A stretch of 63,762 nucleotides of DNA, filler included, from Octopus bimaculoides (Eukaryota): the NCBI RefSeq assembly GCF_001194135.2. It is 6 parts of 4 records of this genome, joined end to end, with 100 filler letters (N's around TTAATTAATTAA, not from the genome) between each part and the next. Parts side by side here need not be neighbours in the genome. Positions count along the whole stretch, not along the records: positions 51,581 to 58,666 come from NC_068984.1; positions 58,767 to 63,762 come from NC_068982.1; 4 more parts are not named here. One strand, 5' to 3'. A program made the translations under genes and the position numbers. The notes under the pieces are model-generated. The model was not told the DNA's origin. It saw only the letters and a program-made list of their open reading frames with translations, and did no database searches. Positions 51,625-63,762 of the stretch are shown piece after piece. Each line of letters starts with the position of its first letter. The first letter of the stretch is position 1.

Positions 51625-52099
51625 GTACACGGAGTCAGGGTGACCAGAATACAGTCAGGTGTGGGGGTTGGAGAGAGACTGTCGTTGTATGACACGTGTC
51701 TAAACACTTCTGTGTCGTTAGGAGTTTCTCAAGATTGAAGAACGAATTAAGATGGCAACTGATTAAATAAAGGAGCGACGAAAGTTTGGAAAAAGAAACT
51801 TAAGGGTATTACTAAAACATGTGGAAGATCAAGGGTCATAGGAACGAAGGATTGTGGGATAGAGATGTAACACTGATTGATAGAATGAACAGGTTGTTTT
51901 TAAAAAGATTGCCAAAGCCAATACCACGGTTAAAAAAAAGTAAACAAAACGCATACAGCAATAACAACAGCAACAACAACAACAACATGAAAAACAAAAT
52001 ACAGCATCTCACGCCACACAAGGTGCCGAAGGACCATAAACAAGGTATTATTCAGAATTAAATCTAATCTCAAACACCTGAAATGTATATCCTGTTCAC

Positions 52100-52118
52100 G
52101 ATTATTATTATTATTATA

Positions 52119-52202
<84 letters not shown>

Positions 52203-52250
52203 AAGAAGAAGAAGAAGAAGAAGAAGAAGAAGAAGAAGAAGAAGAAGAAG

Positions 52251-52303
<53 letters not shown>

Positions 52304-52315
52304 CATTATTATTAG
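52100..52315. repeat. Compound (ATT)n-(AAG)n-(ATT)n microsatellite
   Basis: Read directly. Confidence 0.95.
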
Positions 52316-52441
52316 ATACCATGAAAACAAAATCCCTTTATTGAAATCCTTTACAAATCCCTGGTTGTGCAAATATTTGTCAGCCCGGATTTGAAATGTA
52401 AATCAACTGAAGATTTAATAAAAACGATAATTTAAATACTT

Positions 52442-52501
<60 letters not shown>

Positions 52502-53029
52502 GCAAAAACAACAACAAGTAAACAGAGATTATGAGGGGTTTATCCCTTACATAGGGATATCATCTTTGGGATTTATACATTGGTTTAGCGAGAGATGTAT
52601 GTAGGTATGTTATCAGTAGGATAATCTTATTTACTGTAAAGCCTTGTTCAGATAGATAGATAGATAGATATTGGAGAGGCTGCTAGAGATGGTGGGGTTA
52701 ATGATGGTGGTGATAATGTTGGTGGTGTAGGGTAGTTTGCTGTTCTGATAGAAGTATTAGTTCTGATAGAAGTTAAGTTGGTGGTGGTAGAGGTAATTGT
52801 TTTAGTACTTGTGGTGTTAGTATTGATGTTCATGGTGGTAATAATTATGAGGTTAGTATTATTTATATTGCCTTGAAGTAAATATGAGGCTGTGGGGTTC
52901 ATGCATTTCCCAAGTAGTGATGTGAGGGAAGTAAGCGTACATCAACTGAAAATCGAAAGTATACCGCAATCTCGATTCTTTGTAAACTTGCGTGCTGCTT
53001 CATGACGTTCACCAATATTGGAAGTGACT

Positions 53030-53940
53030 ATTAACCATCGAAGACTGAGTGTTCGGATTCAGTTCTGCTACTGTCAAAGCATTGCCATCTGGTTATTCTA
53101 TTCACACCTTTATTTTAACTATTAAAAAAACAGTTCATTTTGTATCCCATGACCCTCCACAATGAGTCAACAGGACATTCTCTCTAAGACCACTCATCCT
53201 GCAAGAGACAGCTGCTAAATCTTTCTGAAATCATACCTTACCGACTTTAAAAGAAAAAAAGGACACATTAGACAATTTAGAGTTAGATATATTTGAAGAT
53301 ACAGATAGTCGGAACGCCTTTGGTCATAAGTCCTGCACAATCAAGGCTGACCTTGGGTTAAATAACAAAATATACCACACAATAATACTACATTAATACT
53401 GTACCACATGACACAGCTCCACGTGAGACTACATCATACACCACGTTATACAACATTACTACACACCATATGGCACTAAACCATGTTACGTGACACTACA
53501 TCATCACACCACGTGAGACTACACCACTAGAAATAGCAGGCAAATCACTCTCAAACGATTCCCCCACCGTCTATAAAATGGGACATGTATTGTAATGTAG
53601 TCCTAGAAACTCTATATCTTATATATAACTGGGAAGTCAAAAATGGAACCTCTTTGATTAGAATTGTGCTCAATTAAGACTAGTCTAGGGTTAAACAACA
53701 ACAACAATAACAACACAGCACAAACGACCTAACAAGGGAGCCTCTACAGCTCGCACAATCTGCGAAAGTAACTATTATATCTTCCTCTCATCACGCGATG
53801 CCCTTTTAAAACAGGAGCGACACATTAGATAATGCAATTCTAATTACATCTAAAAACCGACGTGATGTTCATGGCTGGAATATTTTTCATCAGTGCTCTC
53901 CTCTGTCAGATTTGACCTGGGTTTCTATACAACAACCGAC
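53030..53940 (+). mobile_element. Three successive degenerate family-E SINE tails with a minisatellite-like spacer
   Basis: Recurrent gctaaatc...ggacacattagacaat...gctgaccttgggttaaataacaa segments near 53200-53365, 53530-53705 and 53790-53935. Confidence 0.55.
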
Positions 53941-54169
53941 CAACCGTCCAACTGTTGAATCAACAAATCATATCACAATTTGGGACAACTAGACAGGTCA
54001 TTGAGTGCTTTACTGCATCTACTGAGATCAGATCTGTCCTGGATCTCTCACATCTATATCTCCACAATATCCCCCCCCCCCAGATATTGACCTCTTGGTC
54101 AGGTATCCGGCGCGTNNNNNNNNNNTGGGGATGGGGCCCATCGGGCCAAACTCTTCCATCCCAAACCAT

Positions 54170-54660
54170 TTTTTATCTGTTATCTTTCCAATGCCTGAAA
54201 CAAATGTTTCAGGCATTGGACTGCGGCCATGCTGGGGTACCGCCTTGAAAGATTTAGTTGAGCAACTCAACCCCAGTACTCTTTTTTAAAGCCAGTTACT
54301 TATTTATTCTATCGGTTTCTTTTTGCTGAAACGCTAGGTTCATCAAGTTGCTGAGGGGGAGCACAAATACAAGCATAAAGACTCATAAACACATATATCG
54401 ATATACGTACACAGACAAACAGACAAAAAGATACATACATACATACACACATACATGCATACATACATACATACATACATACATACATAGAGAGATAGAT
54501 AGAAAGATAGATAGACGACGGGCTTCTTTCAGCTTCCGTCTACCAAATCCATTCACAAGGCTTTCGTCGGCTCATGGCTATAGCAGAAGACATTTATCCA
54601 TGTTCCCACACAGTGAGATTGAAACAGAAATTTTGTTGTGGAAAGCAAACTTCTTACTAC
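54170..54660 (-). mobile_element. SINE family B with expanded internal microsatellite
   Basis: 3' half at 54170-54330 and 5' half at 54500-54660, both on minus. Confidence 0.75.
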
Positions 54661-55069
54661 ATGCTCCATTATGGACGAAAATTTGGAAAATGTTTGATAT
54701 TTGATATTATTATTGGCCCATCTGTTTCTCCCCTCAACCGTAACCATCTGGAATTCACGCCCCCACCCTTTCTGTAACAGCTGATACTCAGATATTTATA
54801 CTGAACATTAATCTCAGCAAAATATTAGCAACACCAACCTCACCATTCTTGCTTTGTAAAGATCATGGACACTACCCGCCTTACTTTATCGCTTAGCTTA
54901 TAAAGAGAAAGAAATAGTGAGGGGTGAGAGTGTGTGTGAGTATCAAAATGTATTAGAGTATCAAAATGTATTGAGCGATTTGTAAAGGCAGAGGATAAAG
55001 TAGCCTCTCTGTTCTGTTGTAAGTTGCACTGTTGTGTGTATGTGTATATAGATGTGTGTGTTTGTGGTG

Positions 55070-55800
55070 TGTGTACTTGCTGAGTTTAGAGAAATGAGTA
55101 GTGTCCAGACACAGTCAAAAGGCTTGGCTAATAACATTTTTTTTTTCACCAAACTTTTCTAAACTCAGAGCCCACTGCTGAGTGACCTAAGACATCACGT
55201 CACCAGTAGATGTGGAAATTGTGGTCACTGAGAATAAAGAGTCTGAGATAGAAATTGAAGGCACTAAAGATGGTCATTGTTAACAGCTATCTTTATTATA
55301 TAAGAGTTGTTAGAGGTGAGACCAATAAGACTGCAGTTGACTAGGTGAGATGAATCGCCTTTCTTTGTGCGTGCTCCTAAATATCCTAAATATTCCTAAA
55401 ATTTAAGGAATTTGGTAATCAGAGAGACAGGGCTGAGGGCACAATCTTTGAGTGTAATACAAAGGGTATTGTCAGGCCCGGTAGCCTTGTTAGTTTAAAA
55501 CTACTGGTGATATTTCCACACACGGTGCGTGAAAATATGGGTTTGGGAATCTGTTATGTGGAAAAGAATAGATTTGGAGGGGAATGGCCAACGAGGAGAA
55601 AAAGTGACTCCGCAAAGTTGGAGCAGATTCTTTCCGCAAGGGATTAAAATAATCGATTATTATTTGAGAGGCTGGAAAAGCTTCAAAAGCATGTGATGCA
55701 CGAAAGTAACATTTGCGCACAAATACTCGTCATACAAGAGTAGCGCTGCTGAGTGAACGATACCCACTTTGGGGAAATATGTGAGAGACTCTGCTTTTTG
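55070..55800 (-). mobile_element. CR1/L2-group LINE reverse-transcriptase remnant
   Basis: Minus: NKATGPDN, STGDVM...QQWALSLEKFGE, AKPFDCVW, comparable to KATGPD, STADLL and SKAFDRVW. Confidence 0.65.
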
Positions 55801-55944
55801 CACTCACAGCTCCAGAATAACTGCAAGTAAACCACTTGGGTAACATAGGACACGGAGATTTTGTTCTGCGTAGAATGTGAAGAGATGGTTTGTCACCCGC
55901 TTAGCTATTATATATAGAGAGAGAGATAGAGATAAAGTCAGAGT

Positions 55945-56901
55945 GATAAAGATCTTTGCAGTACGCCAATTTCAGGAGAGGTGTCAGGAACAGAACAAGG
56001 GCCTATGCACGAAGCTTGTCAACCTAACCAAGACTTCTGACTCTTTCAGTCGTGAGGGGTTTGAAAGATCGCATAGTGCGACAGATTCACGACGTCATGC
56101 TCGCTCGAGTACTGGAGAATGAAGATTCTACTGATGCATTCTAAGTCACTAACAGACAAGCACGGCTGTGTACTCGCACCTATGCTGTTCAGTGTGATGC
56201 TCTCAGCTATGCTGTCAGATGCCTTCTACAATGACGACGAAACCAGTATCAGGATCAGATTCAGAACTAATGACAGACTCTTCAACCTGTGGAGACTTCA
56301 GGCCAAGAACAAGGTGGAAGAGGACACAGTGCACGACTTGCTGTTCGTAGACGACTGCACATTCAATGCCACCACAAAAGCCCAGATGCGGCAGAGCATG
56401 AACTGATCTTCTACTGTCTGCAACAACATTGACCTCACAATCAATACTCAGATGACAGAGATCATGCACCAATCTGCCCACAGGAGCTGTATATGGAACC
56501 AACTATCCATGTCGCAGAGAAAAATCTGAAGGTTGTTGATAAGTTCATGTACACTTTCCATATCTGTGAACATTGACGATGAAGTCGACACACGCATCGC
56601 AAAGGGAAGCTCAGCATTGAGACAGCTACGAGAGCCAGTGTGAGAGATGAGCGACATTAGGCTGGCCACCAAGTTGAAAGTGTACCAAGTAGTTGTACTG
56701 TCTGTGCTATTGTGCACCTGCGAGACTTGGACGGTTTGCAAACGCCTTACCAAAACCGCTTCCATATGAACTGCCTAAGAAAGTTGTTGAAAATCATCTG
56801 ACAAAACAAGGTCCCAGACACGGAAGTCCTCTTTCGAGCTGATCTGCCAAGCATTTACACACAGATGAGGAGAGCGCAAATCAGGTGGGCAGGCCTCCTT
56901 G
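55945..56901 (+). mobile_element. RTE-clade LINE reverse-transcriptase remnant, running into a gap
   Basis: IFAVRQFQERCQEQN, LTKTSDSFSREG, KHGCVLAPMLFS, LLFVDDC, DEVDTRIAKGS, KLKVYQVVVL, RFHMNCLRKLL, AQIRWAG; with frameshifts. Confidence 0.9.
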
Positions 56902-58000
56902 NNNNNNNNNNNNNNNNNNNNNNNNNNNNNNNNNNNNNNNNNNNNNNNNNNNNNNNNNNNNNNNNNNNNNNNNNNNNNNNNNNNNNNNNNNNNNNNNNNN
57001 NNNNNNNNNNNNNNNNNNNNNNNNNNNNNNNNNNNNNNNNNNNNNNNNNNNNNNNNNNNNNNNNNNNNNNNNNNNNNNNNNNNNNNNNNNNNNNNNNNNN
57101 NNNNNNNNNNNNNNNNNNNNNNNNNNNNNNNNNNNNNNNNNNNNNNNNNNNNNNNNNNNNNNNNNNNNNNNNNNNNNNNNNNNNNNNNNNNNNNNNNNNN
57201 NNNNNNNNNNNNNNNNNNNNNNNNNNNNNNNNNNNNNNNNNNNNNNNNNNNNNNNNNNNNNNNNNNNNNNNNNNNNNNNNNNNNNNNNNNNNNNNNNNNN
57301 NNNNNNNNNNNNNNNNNNNNNNNNNNNNNNNNNNNNNNNNNNNNNNNNNNNNNNNNNNNNNNNNNNNNNNNNNNNNNNNNNNNNNNNNNNNNNNNNNNNN
57401 NNNNNATATATATACGCATTTTTTTTATTTGCATTGGCCATTCTATATAGTAGGTTTTCAAATATTTTTAAACAATTTTAATCACAGGCTGCATAGAGTT
57501 TTGCACGCTATATTCATTGAACACAACTATTTGGCTTGAGTCACTGCTTCAGTCAATATTTTTGTACAGAATGTTACGTTATTGCTGTTGCTGCTGTGGT
57601 TGATTTTGTTGATGCTGTTATTGTTGCTGTTGCTCTTGTCATTGTTGTTGTTAATGTTGCTGCTTTTGTTGTTGCTGCTGCTCTTGTTGTTGTTACTGTT
57701 ATTGTTATTGTTGCGAAATAAAATTGTTTTCATGGAAACATTAAGAAAATGAGTTGATGTCTCTTATTAATTTGGATGAGTTAGCAAATTGCAGGCAGTT
57801 ATTCATTAATTTAAGGAGAATTTTCCCTTTTTTTTTTATCTCATGTATTACATGAAATGAAGAATACGTAAGCAGGGCCAGTAAAAACAAATCATCTTAC
57901 CGATTGACTATTGAACGAATATCGATTTTCTAGCTAGTTAATGAGACATTTGTCATTCGTGGACGGCGAACAAGATTTTGTATTCTACAGTTAGATTTAC

Positions 58001-58122
58001 CAATGAACAATAGTTCAGTAACTGGAAAATTGCAGAAGCGACGTTTGTCTATTCTACAATTTTCTTGATTAACGTTCCAGTCGTCGATAAGTGCCAAAAG
58101 AATTTCCTTGTAGATCCTCAGC
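58001..58122 (-). CDS. Candidate internal exon (122 nt)
   Basis: Acceptor attgttcttcacaacag|G, donor TTG|GTAAAT. Open frame LRIYKEILLALIDDWNVNQENCRIDKRRFCNFPVTELLFI. No family recognised. Confidence 0.3.
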
Positions 58123-58246
58123 CTGTTGTGAAGAACAATTCGGTGTTGACTTTGATACACATATCTTAGAGTTCCTTAAAAATTTTTCTTACAGAGTTCC
58201 TCGTCCGTCAATACCAGCAGTGTTTCTATACCATAAAACAGACAAT

Positions 58247-58343
58247 AACCACATATTTGCCGAAATCTTGACTTTCAAATAAAAAATTTAAAAAAAGAAA
58301 AAAAATTGTATTTGAAAGACAAGATTTCGGCAAATATGTGGTT
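58247..58343. repeat. 35-bp-arm hairpin
   Basis: Arms 58247-58281 and 58309-58343 have one mismatch; 27-nt A-rich loop. Confidence 0.92.
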
Positions 58344-58927
58344 TGAAAATCTTGACTTTGGGTTCGGGAATCTGTTATATGATATATATATATATTCAAT
58401 TACGAATTAAGAGCAACGCTAGTGTTGTAAACATTTTCGACTGCTCAAACTCAATTTGCGGTTGATAATTATTATATATTTCTTAATTTTATAAAGTATG
58501 ATTTTTAATTTTTAAGGTTTAATTTAATGTTTAATTTAACGCTTAATTTTAAGGTGATGTAAAATTAGATTAACAATATTTTGAAAAAGAACCCGAAGAT
58601 GTGTTGGAATAATTGAAAATCTGATGAGTGCATATCTGTGTGTGCGTGCGTGCGTGCGTGCGTGCGNNNNNNNNNNNNNNNNNNNNNNNNNNNNNNNNNN
58701 NNNNNNNNNNTTAATTAATTAANNNNNNNNNNNNNNNNNNNNNNNNNNNNNNNNNNNNNNNNNNNNTATATATATATATATATATATTTGTGTGTGTGTG
58801 TTCGTGTATCTATACTTATATATAAACTGATGCATTCTTACATACATATACGTATATACATACAATGAAAATATATTGAAATAAGCCAACACTAAATAGG
58901 CCCTTCTCAGTCTGGTATAAAACTCAC

Positions 58928-59019
58928 CTGTGTTACACTGTAACCAAATATACCCATTGAATCTTACATGATGGCTGATATTTTCTAAATGCTCGCAAAT
59001 CTGTTGTTGGCCGGAGAAA
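58928..59019 (-). CDS. Candidate internal exon (92 nt)
   Basis: Acceptor aatattccag|, consensus donor CAG|GTGAGT. One open frame: FSGQQQICEHLENISHHVRFNGYIWLQCNT. Confidence 0.25.
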
Positions 59020-59440
59020 CTGGAATATTATTCAAGTTATGTTACAAATAAATAAACCAAATTCGAAATTAAATTAGAAACCTACGGTAAGGAACCTTCG
59101 AGACTTTACCTTGGCTTTCAGTATTCAGTCGTCGCATACTGTGATGTATATTATGATATATATTTGGACAACATAAAATAATACTGACAACATGAAAATC
59201 AATAACCAGTTAAAATAATTTCTTTGAAAAATTGTCTTTAGATAGAATTTGTATTATTTCTGTTTAATACAACGCCCAAAACTGCACATGAACACGGACG
59301 CACCCTCACCCACACACTCAAAAACACATGTGACTAAAATTTCAATTCGTCTTCCTAAATCCGCCCCACTTCAAATATTAACACGATGTGCTGACATATA
59401 CACACACACATATACACACACAAACGCGCACACACAACAT

Positions 59441-59538
<98 letters not shown>

Positions 59539-59679
59539 TAAGCAAAAGCATTCGATGTCAGTAGCTCTACCCAAAATATAGCTGTCTCATTAACAATGAC
59601 ATCACCATCATCATCATCATCGTCGTCGTCATCATTGTCGGAATTGCCATCGTCATCATCATTGCTATCATTATTATTA

Positions 59680-59735
<56 letters not shown>

Positions 59736-60139
59736 TTTAATATTTTGCATTTGAATTTAAATCGTGTATTTCAACGGGAACTGTCTTTTCATGCCACATA
59801 CAATTCATCTTATTCTTAAAAATATACGTTTAAAAAAAAAACAATACTGTCTTGTACGTATCGGAGAACTGATTTAATTTAAATTTTTCTAACTGTATCT
59901 CAAATATAACAAAATTACAAAAAACACGGACAGAGAAAGGTTTGATGAGAGCGTGGATTCTGCTGACATCATACGTTAAGCTTGTGTGTATATAGATCTC
60001 ATAAAGAAAGACAGCTTAATGGAGCAGATCTGTTTTATATCGCAAGAAATTTTAAATAAAATAGAATAAAATAATTTAACGTCTTCTGTTATTAATTTTT
60101 CATATCAATCAATTATACTCGTATGCGTGTGAATGTCAG

Positions 60140-60510
60140 GTGTTGCTATGTGGTAAGAAGCTTGCTGCGTGGCACCTTGGGCAAGTGTCTTCTACTATAA
60201 ACACGGGCTGACCAAAGTTTTGCGGGTGGATTTGGTAGACGGAAACTGAAAGAAGCCCGTCGTGGATATATATGTATATACATTTATGTGTGTGTGTATC
60301 ACTGTGTCTGTGTTTGTCCCCACCCACCAATACATGACAACCGATGTTGGTGTGTTTCTGTCCCCGTAATTTAGCGGTTCAGCAGAAGAGACCGATAGAA
60401 TAAGTACTCGACTTACAAAGAATAAGTCCAGGGGTCGATTCTTCGACTAAAGGTGGTGCTTTAGCATGGCCGCAGTCAAATGACTGAAACGTGTGAAAGA
60501 ATAAAAGAAT
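60140..60510 (+). mobile_element. SINE family B, near full length
   Basis: tgtggtaagaagcttgc...gcgtggcaccttgggcaagtg...gactgaaac...ataaaagaat; about 28 bp missing from the head. Confidence 0.88.
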
Positions 60511-61231
60511 ATATATATATATATANNNNNNNNNNNNNNNNNNNNNNNNNNNNNNNNNNNNNNNNNNNNNNNNNNNNNNNNNNNNNNNNNNNNNNNNNNN
60601 NNNNNNNNNNNNNNNNNNNNNNNNNNNNNNNNNNNNNNNNNNNNNNNNNNNNNNNNNNNNNNNNNNNNNNNNNNNNNNNNNNNNNNNNNNNNNNNNNNNN
60701 NNNNNNNNNNNNNNNNNNNNNNNNNNNNNNNNTATATATAGTAGTAGTATAGTATATATATATAGTAGTATAGTATATATATATATATATAGTAGTATAG
60801 AAAGACTTCATCGGCAGGACCCATGGTATTGACTTTCTGCTAACAAATAAGTGCACGTGATCGGTTTTAGTTTTTATCTAAGATCATACTGGAAGCTGAA
60901 ATGTGCAATTTCTACTTTTAATATTGAACGACTTTAAAGATCTAAAATCTTTATTATGAATTCTATAAATAAAGCAAAAACAAGTAGATTGGGTTCCTAG
61001 TTATTCCGAAAACTAAACTTGTTACTTAGCGACCATGAAAAAAGTTGCTAAATAGCCAAGTCGTTTTTGTATGGATTCACATATCATCAGAAATGGAAGT
61101 TTTTACAGAAAAGCTGGAAAATTCATCTTGAATTTTGAAAAGATAGCACTTACAATCTATTATCATAATAGTATGACAGCCTTAAAATCTAGTGAAGTTG
61201 GGAGGATTCTATCAAAATTTACCCACATGTA

Positions 61232-61590
61232 GACATGGCTGTGTGTTTAAGAAGCTCGCTTTGCAATTACGTGGTTTCGGGTTCAGTTTCACTGCGTGGT
61301 ATCTTGGGCAAGTGTCTTCTATTGTCGCTCTGGGCCGTCCAGTGGCTTCTAAGTGAATTTGGTAGACGGAATCTATGTTGAAGTTCGTCATTATGTGTGT
61401 GTGTGTTTGTACTTGTGTTTGTCCCCAGTCCTACTGCCTAACAACTGGTGTTGCTTTGCTTACATCCCCTTAACTTAGCAGCTCAGCAAAAATGATCGAT
61501 AGTTTAAGCACCATACTCAAAAGACAGAGAAGTACTGAGATCGATCTATTCGACTAAATGAATGAAACAAGTGAAAGAAAGTAAAAGAAA
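61232..61590 (+). mobile_element. Degenerate SINE family B
   Basis: gacatggctgtgtgtttaagaagctcgc...atcttgggcaagtgtcttc...gaaacaagtgaaag. Confidence 0.8.
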
Positions 61591-62684
61591 ATATAAGACT
61601 ACCAATGATATAGATGTAAGAAGATATCTTGTAAATTGATATCGTGTAATGCGTATATGGGCGAAATTTTTCATACATGTCAACAACCAAAGATAGAGAT
61701 AATTATACAATATAGATTAGACAAAAAATCCATTCGATTTCAAACCAATATTGTTCTTTAGTCTGAGAAAAAAATGCATGTCAATTGAGCAGATAAGAAG
61801 TGAACTCTAGCATGACCATGCATATTTTAGTATTAACTAAGCTTACATTAACTAATAAGTTCTTTCTGGTTTTTTTTTAAAGTCGGTGGGTATGACATGA
61901 GTGCAATTTAACTGCTATTTCAAGCCGGTTGAGTGACTAGGCAGAGGATCCCTCGTTGTCTCAGTGCAACTAATATGAAGTGTATAGAGATTACTGTCTG
62001 GGCTGAAAGTTATAAAGACATCAACTTATTTATTAGCCAATCTATTCAACAAGTTAGCCAGGGATCTGTCTATTTATAAATGAATACGTGATGCACTAAA
62101 TGCTAAGTTGGTGCAGTGCTGAAAATTTTAATGAAATAGAAGTATTCAAAATAAATTGATGTTATTAAAAGCTTCATAACATTTTTTTAGACTTCACTAT
62201 GATGATATTGTTCCTGGTGACATTAATATAGCTAGAAATATTCCGAAATTAATCAAAACTAACTATATGTTGTCAAATATAACACTGTGTTCCTGAAATG
62301 ATATATTATTCAATTTTCGACTGTGTGCTTTATCAAAGTCAAATATAGGTCCATAATCGTAATTAGATCCGTAAGACAGTTGTTTTTTCTACAAACGTTT
62401 ACAAGCAAAAGCCAACAGAAAGCATCTTGACAACTTCAGGAGACAGCAAGATCAGTTCACTAGATCGCATATAAGAAAAGGTCTTGAACATTTAAGACAA
62501 GGGGAGAAACTGAAAGAAGTGCGTAGAGAAGACAGAGAGGGAAGATACTCGACTGCCTTACCAGCTAGTTTTCAGAAAAGCTGATAAAATAATACGATTG
62601 CTGACGTTTTAAGCAAGAAGAAGAAGAAGAAGAAGAAGAAGAAGAAGAAGAAGAAGAAGAAGAAGAAGAAACAACTAAAACCTA

Positions 62685-63158
62685 TTATGGTTTCAAATTT
62701 CGGCACAAGGCCAGCAATTTCTGGGGAGGGTTAAGTCGATTATATCGACCCAGTGATCAGCTGGTACTTATTTTATCGACACCGAAGGGATGAAAGGCGA
62801 ATTTGAACTCAGAACGTAAAGACGGACGACATACCGCTAAGCATTTTGACTGGAATGCTAACGATTCCGACTTAATAATAATCCTTTCTATTATAGGCAC
62901 AAGGCCTGAGATTTGGTGGGAGGGGACTAGTCGATTCTGCCAGCTCACTACCTCAATAATGGTTTCAAATTTTGGCACTAGGCCAGAAATTTAAGGTGAG
63001 GGCGTTAGTCGATTACATCGACCCTAGTACTCAACTGGTACTTATTTTATCGACTCTGAAAGGATGAAGACAAAGTCGACCTCGGCGGAATTTGAGCTTA
63101 GAACGTAAAGATGGATGAAATACCGCTACGCATTTTGTCCAGCGTGCTAACGATTGAT
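62685..63158 (-). mobile_element. Tandem partial and full family-A SINEs
   Basis: Repeated atggtttcaaattt(c/t)ggcac tails with A bodies. Confidence 0.85.
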
Positions 63159-63159
63159 T

Positions 63160-63430
63160 CTGCCATCTCCTTGGGACTTTATAGTCCAGACAGAGTCTTT
63201 GAACATGAAAGGTCAGACACTGTACTGTAAAGAAGTGTTTGTTGATCGATGTAGCTTTCCCAGATCATTACATCAACGACAAAGAAAAGAGAAAATTGTA
63301 AAATATTCAGACTTGAAAATAGGTGTCGAGAGAATGTGGAATATGAAACCAAGAGTGGTACCAATTGATATTGGAACACTTGAGTCGGTAACAAAAAAAA
63401 ACCTCCCAACATTACGACATGGGTTCTCAT
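63160..63430 (+). mobile_element. R4-like restriction-like endonuclease fragment
   Basis: PWDFIVQT...LIDVAFPDHY...KEKIVKYSDLKIGVERMWNMK.RVVPI.IGTL, the typical PD-(D/E)xK RLE C-terminal region. Confidence 0.75.
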
Positions 63431-63436
63431 TCCTAA

Positions 63437-63600
63437 GGTATTATTATTATTATTATTTTTATTTTATGTTTGACTTTTGTTTTGCATTTGTACAAGTTGG
63501 ATCCAAGTCTCACCCAGAGACCTCAAGAGACAACAAGTTAGAAGTTCATGTAGGTGTTATGCCTAGGGTATCATATATTTCGATTTGTACATAGTGTTGT
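63437..63600 (-). mobile_element. 3'-terminal stub of an R4-like element embedded in (TAA)n
   Basis: Minus: ...gaggtctctgggtgagacttggatcc...aaaagtcaaacataaaataaaaataataat; (ATT)n on both sides. Family assignment is by recognition only. Confidence 0.55.

Positions 63601-63762
<162 letters not shown>

Noticed and set aside
23245-58722. TTAATTAATTAA islands at 23245, 37884, 46449, 51525 and 58711
   Set aside because: Each has 44 N on both sides (100 bp total), so it is an assembly gap spacer.
62390-62585. About 63-codon open plus-strand frame (KRLQAKANRK...)
   Set aside because: No start codon, splice support or recognised motif; compatible with chance.
463-63594. Most ORFs in the supplied track (poly-YI, poly-HT, poly-X, poly-L/F/S/K/I)
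   Set aside because: They are read-throughs of microsatellites or N gaps, not coding evidence.

Overview
AT-rich, microsatellite-dense animal genomic DNA from a gapped draft assembly. The tRNA-headed SINE families suggest an octopus/cephalopod, which is an inference from repeat recognition rather than a database result. I recognise no intact protein-coding gene; most listed ORFs are microsatellite or N-gap read-throughs. Supportable content: many SINEs from about 4-5 modular families, decayed Tc1/mariner and pogo transposons, another TIR element, a Helitron end carrying TTAGGG repeats, RTE, CR1-like and R4/Dong-like LINE remnants, and Penelope-like pieces. The best signal is at 50.5-51.5 kb: an apparently intact type-I hammerhead ribozyme (+, 50575-50669) faces a second, slightly decayed hammerhead (-, 50914-50977) inside interlocked inverted repeats. 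Also notable are an R4-like element abutting a (GAA)n tract inside another R4-like element, an in-place inversion in a mariner relic, a local templated insertion into a SINE, two long foldbacks, a TGCA cluster beside a CpG-rich patch, and weak candidate minus-strand exons.
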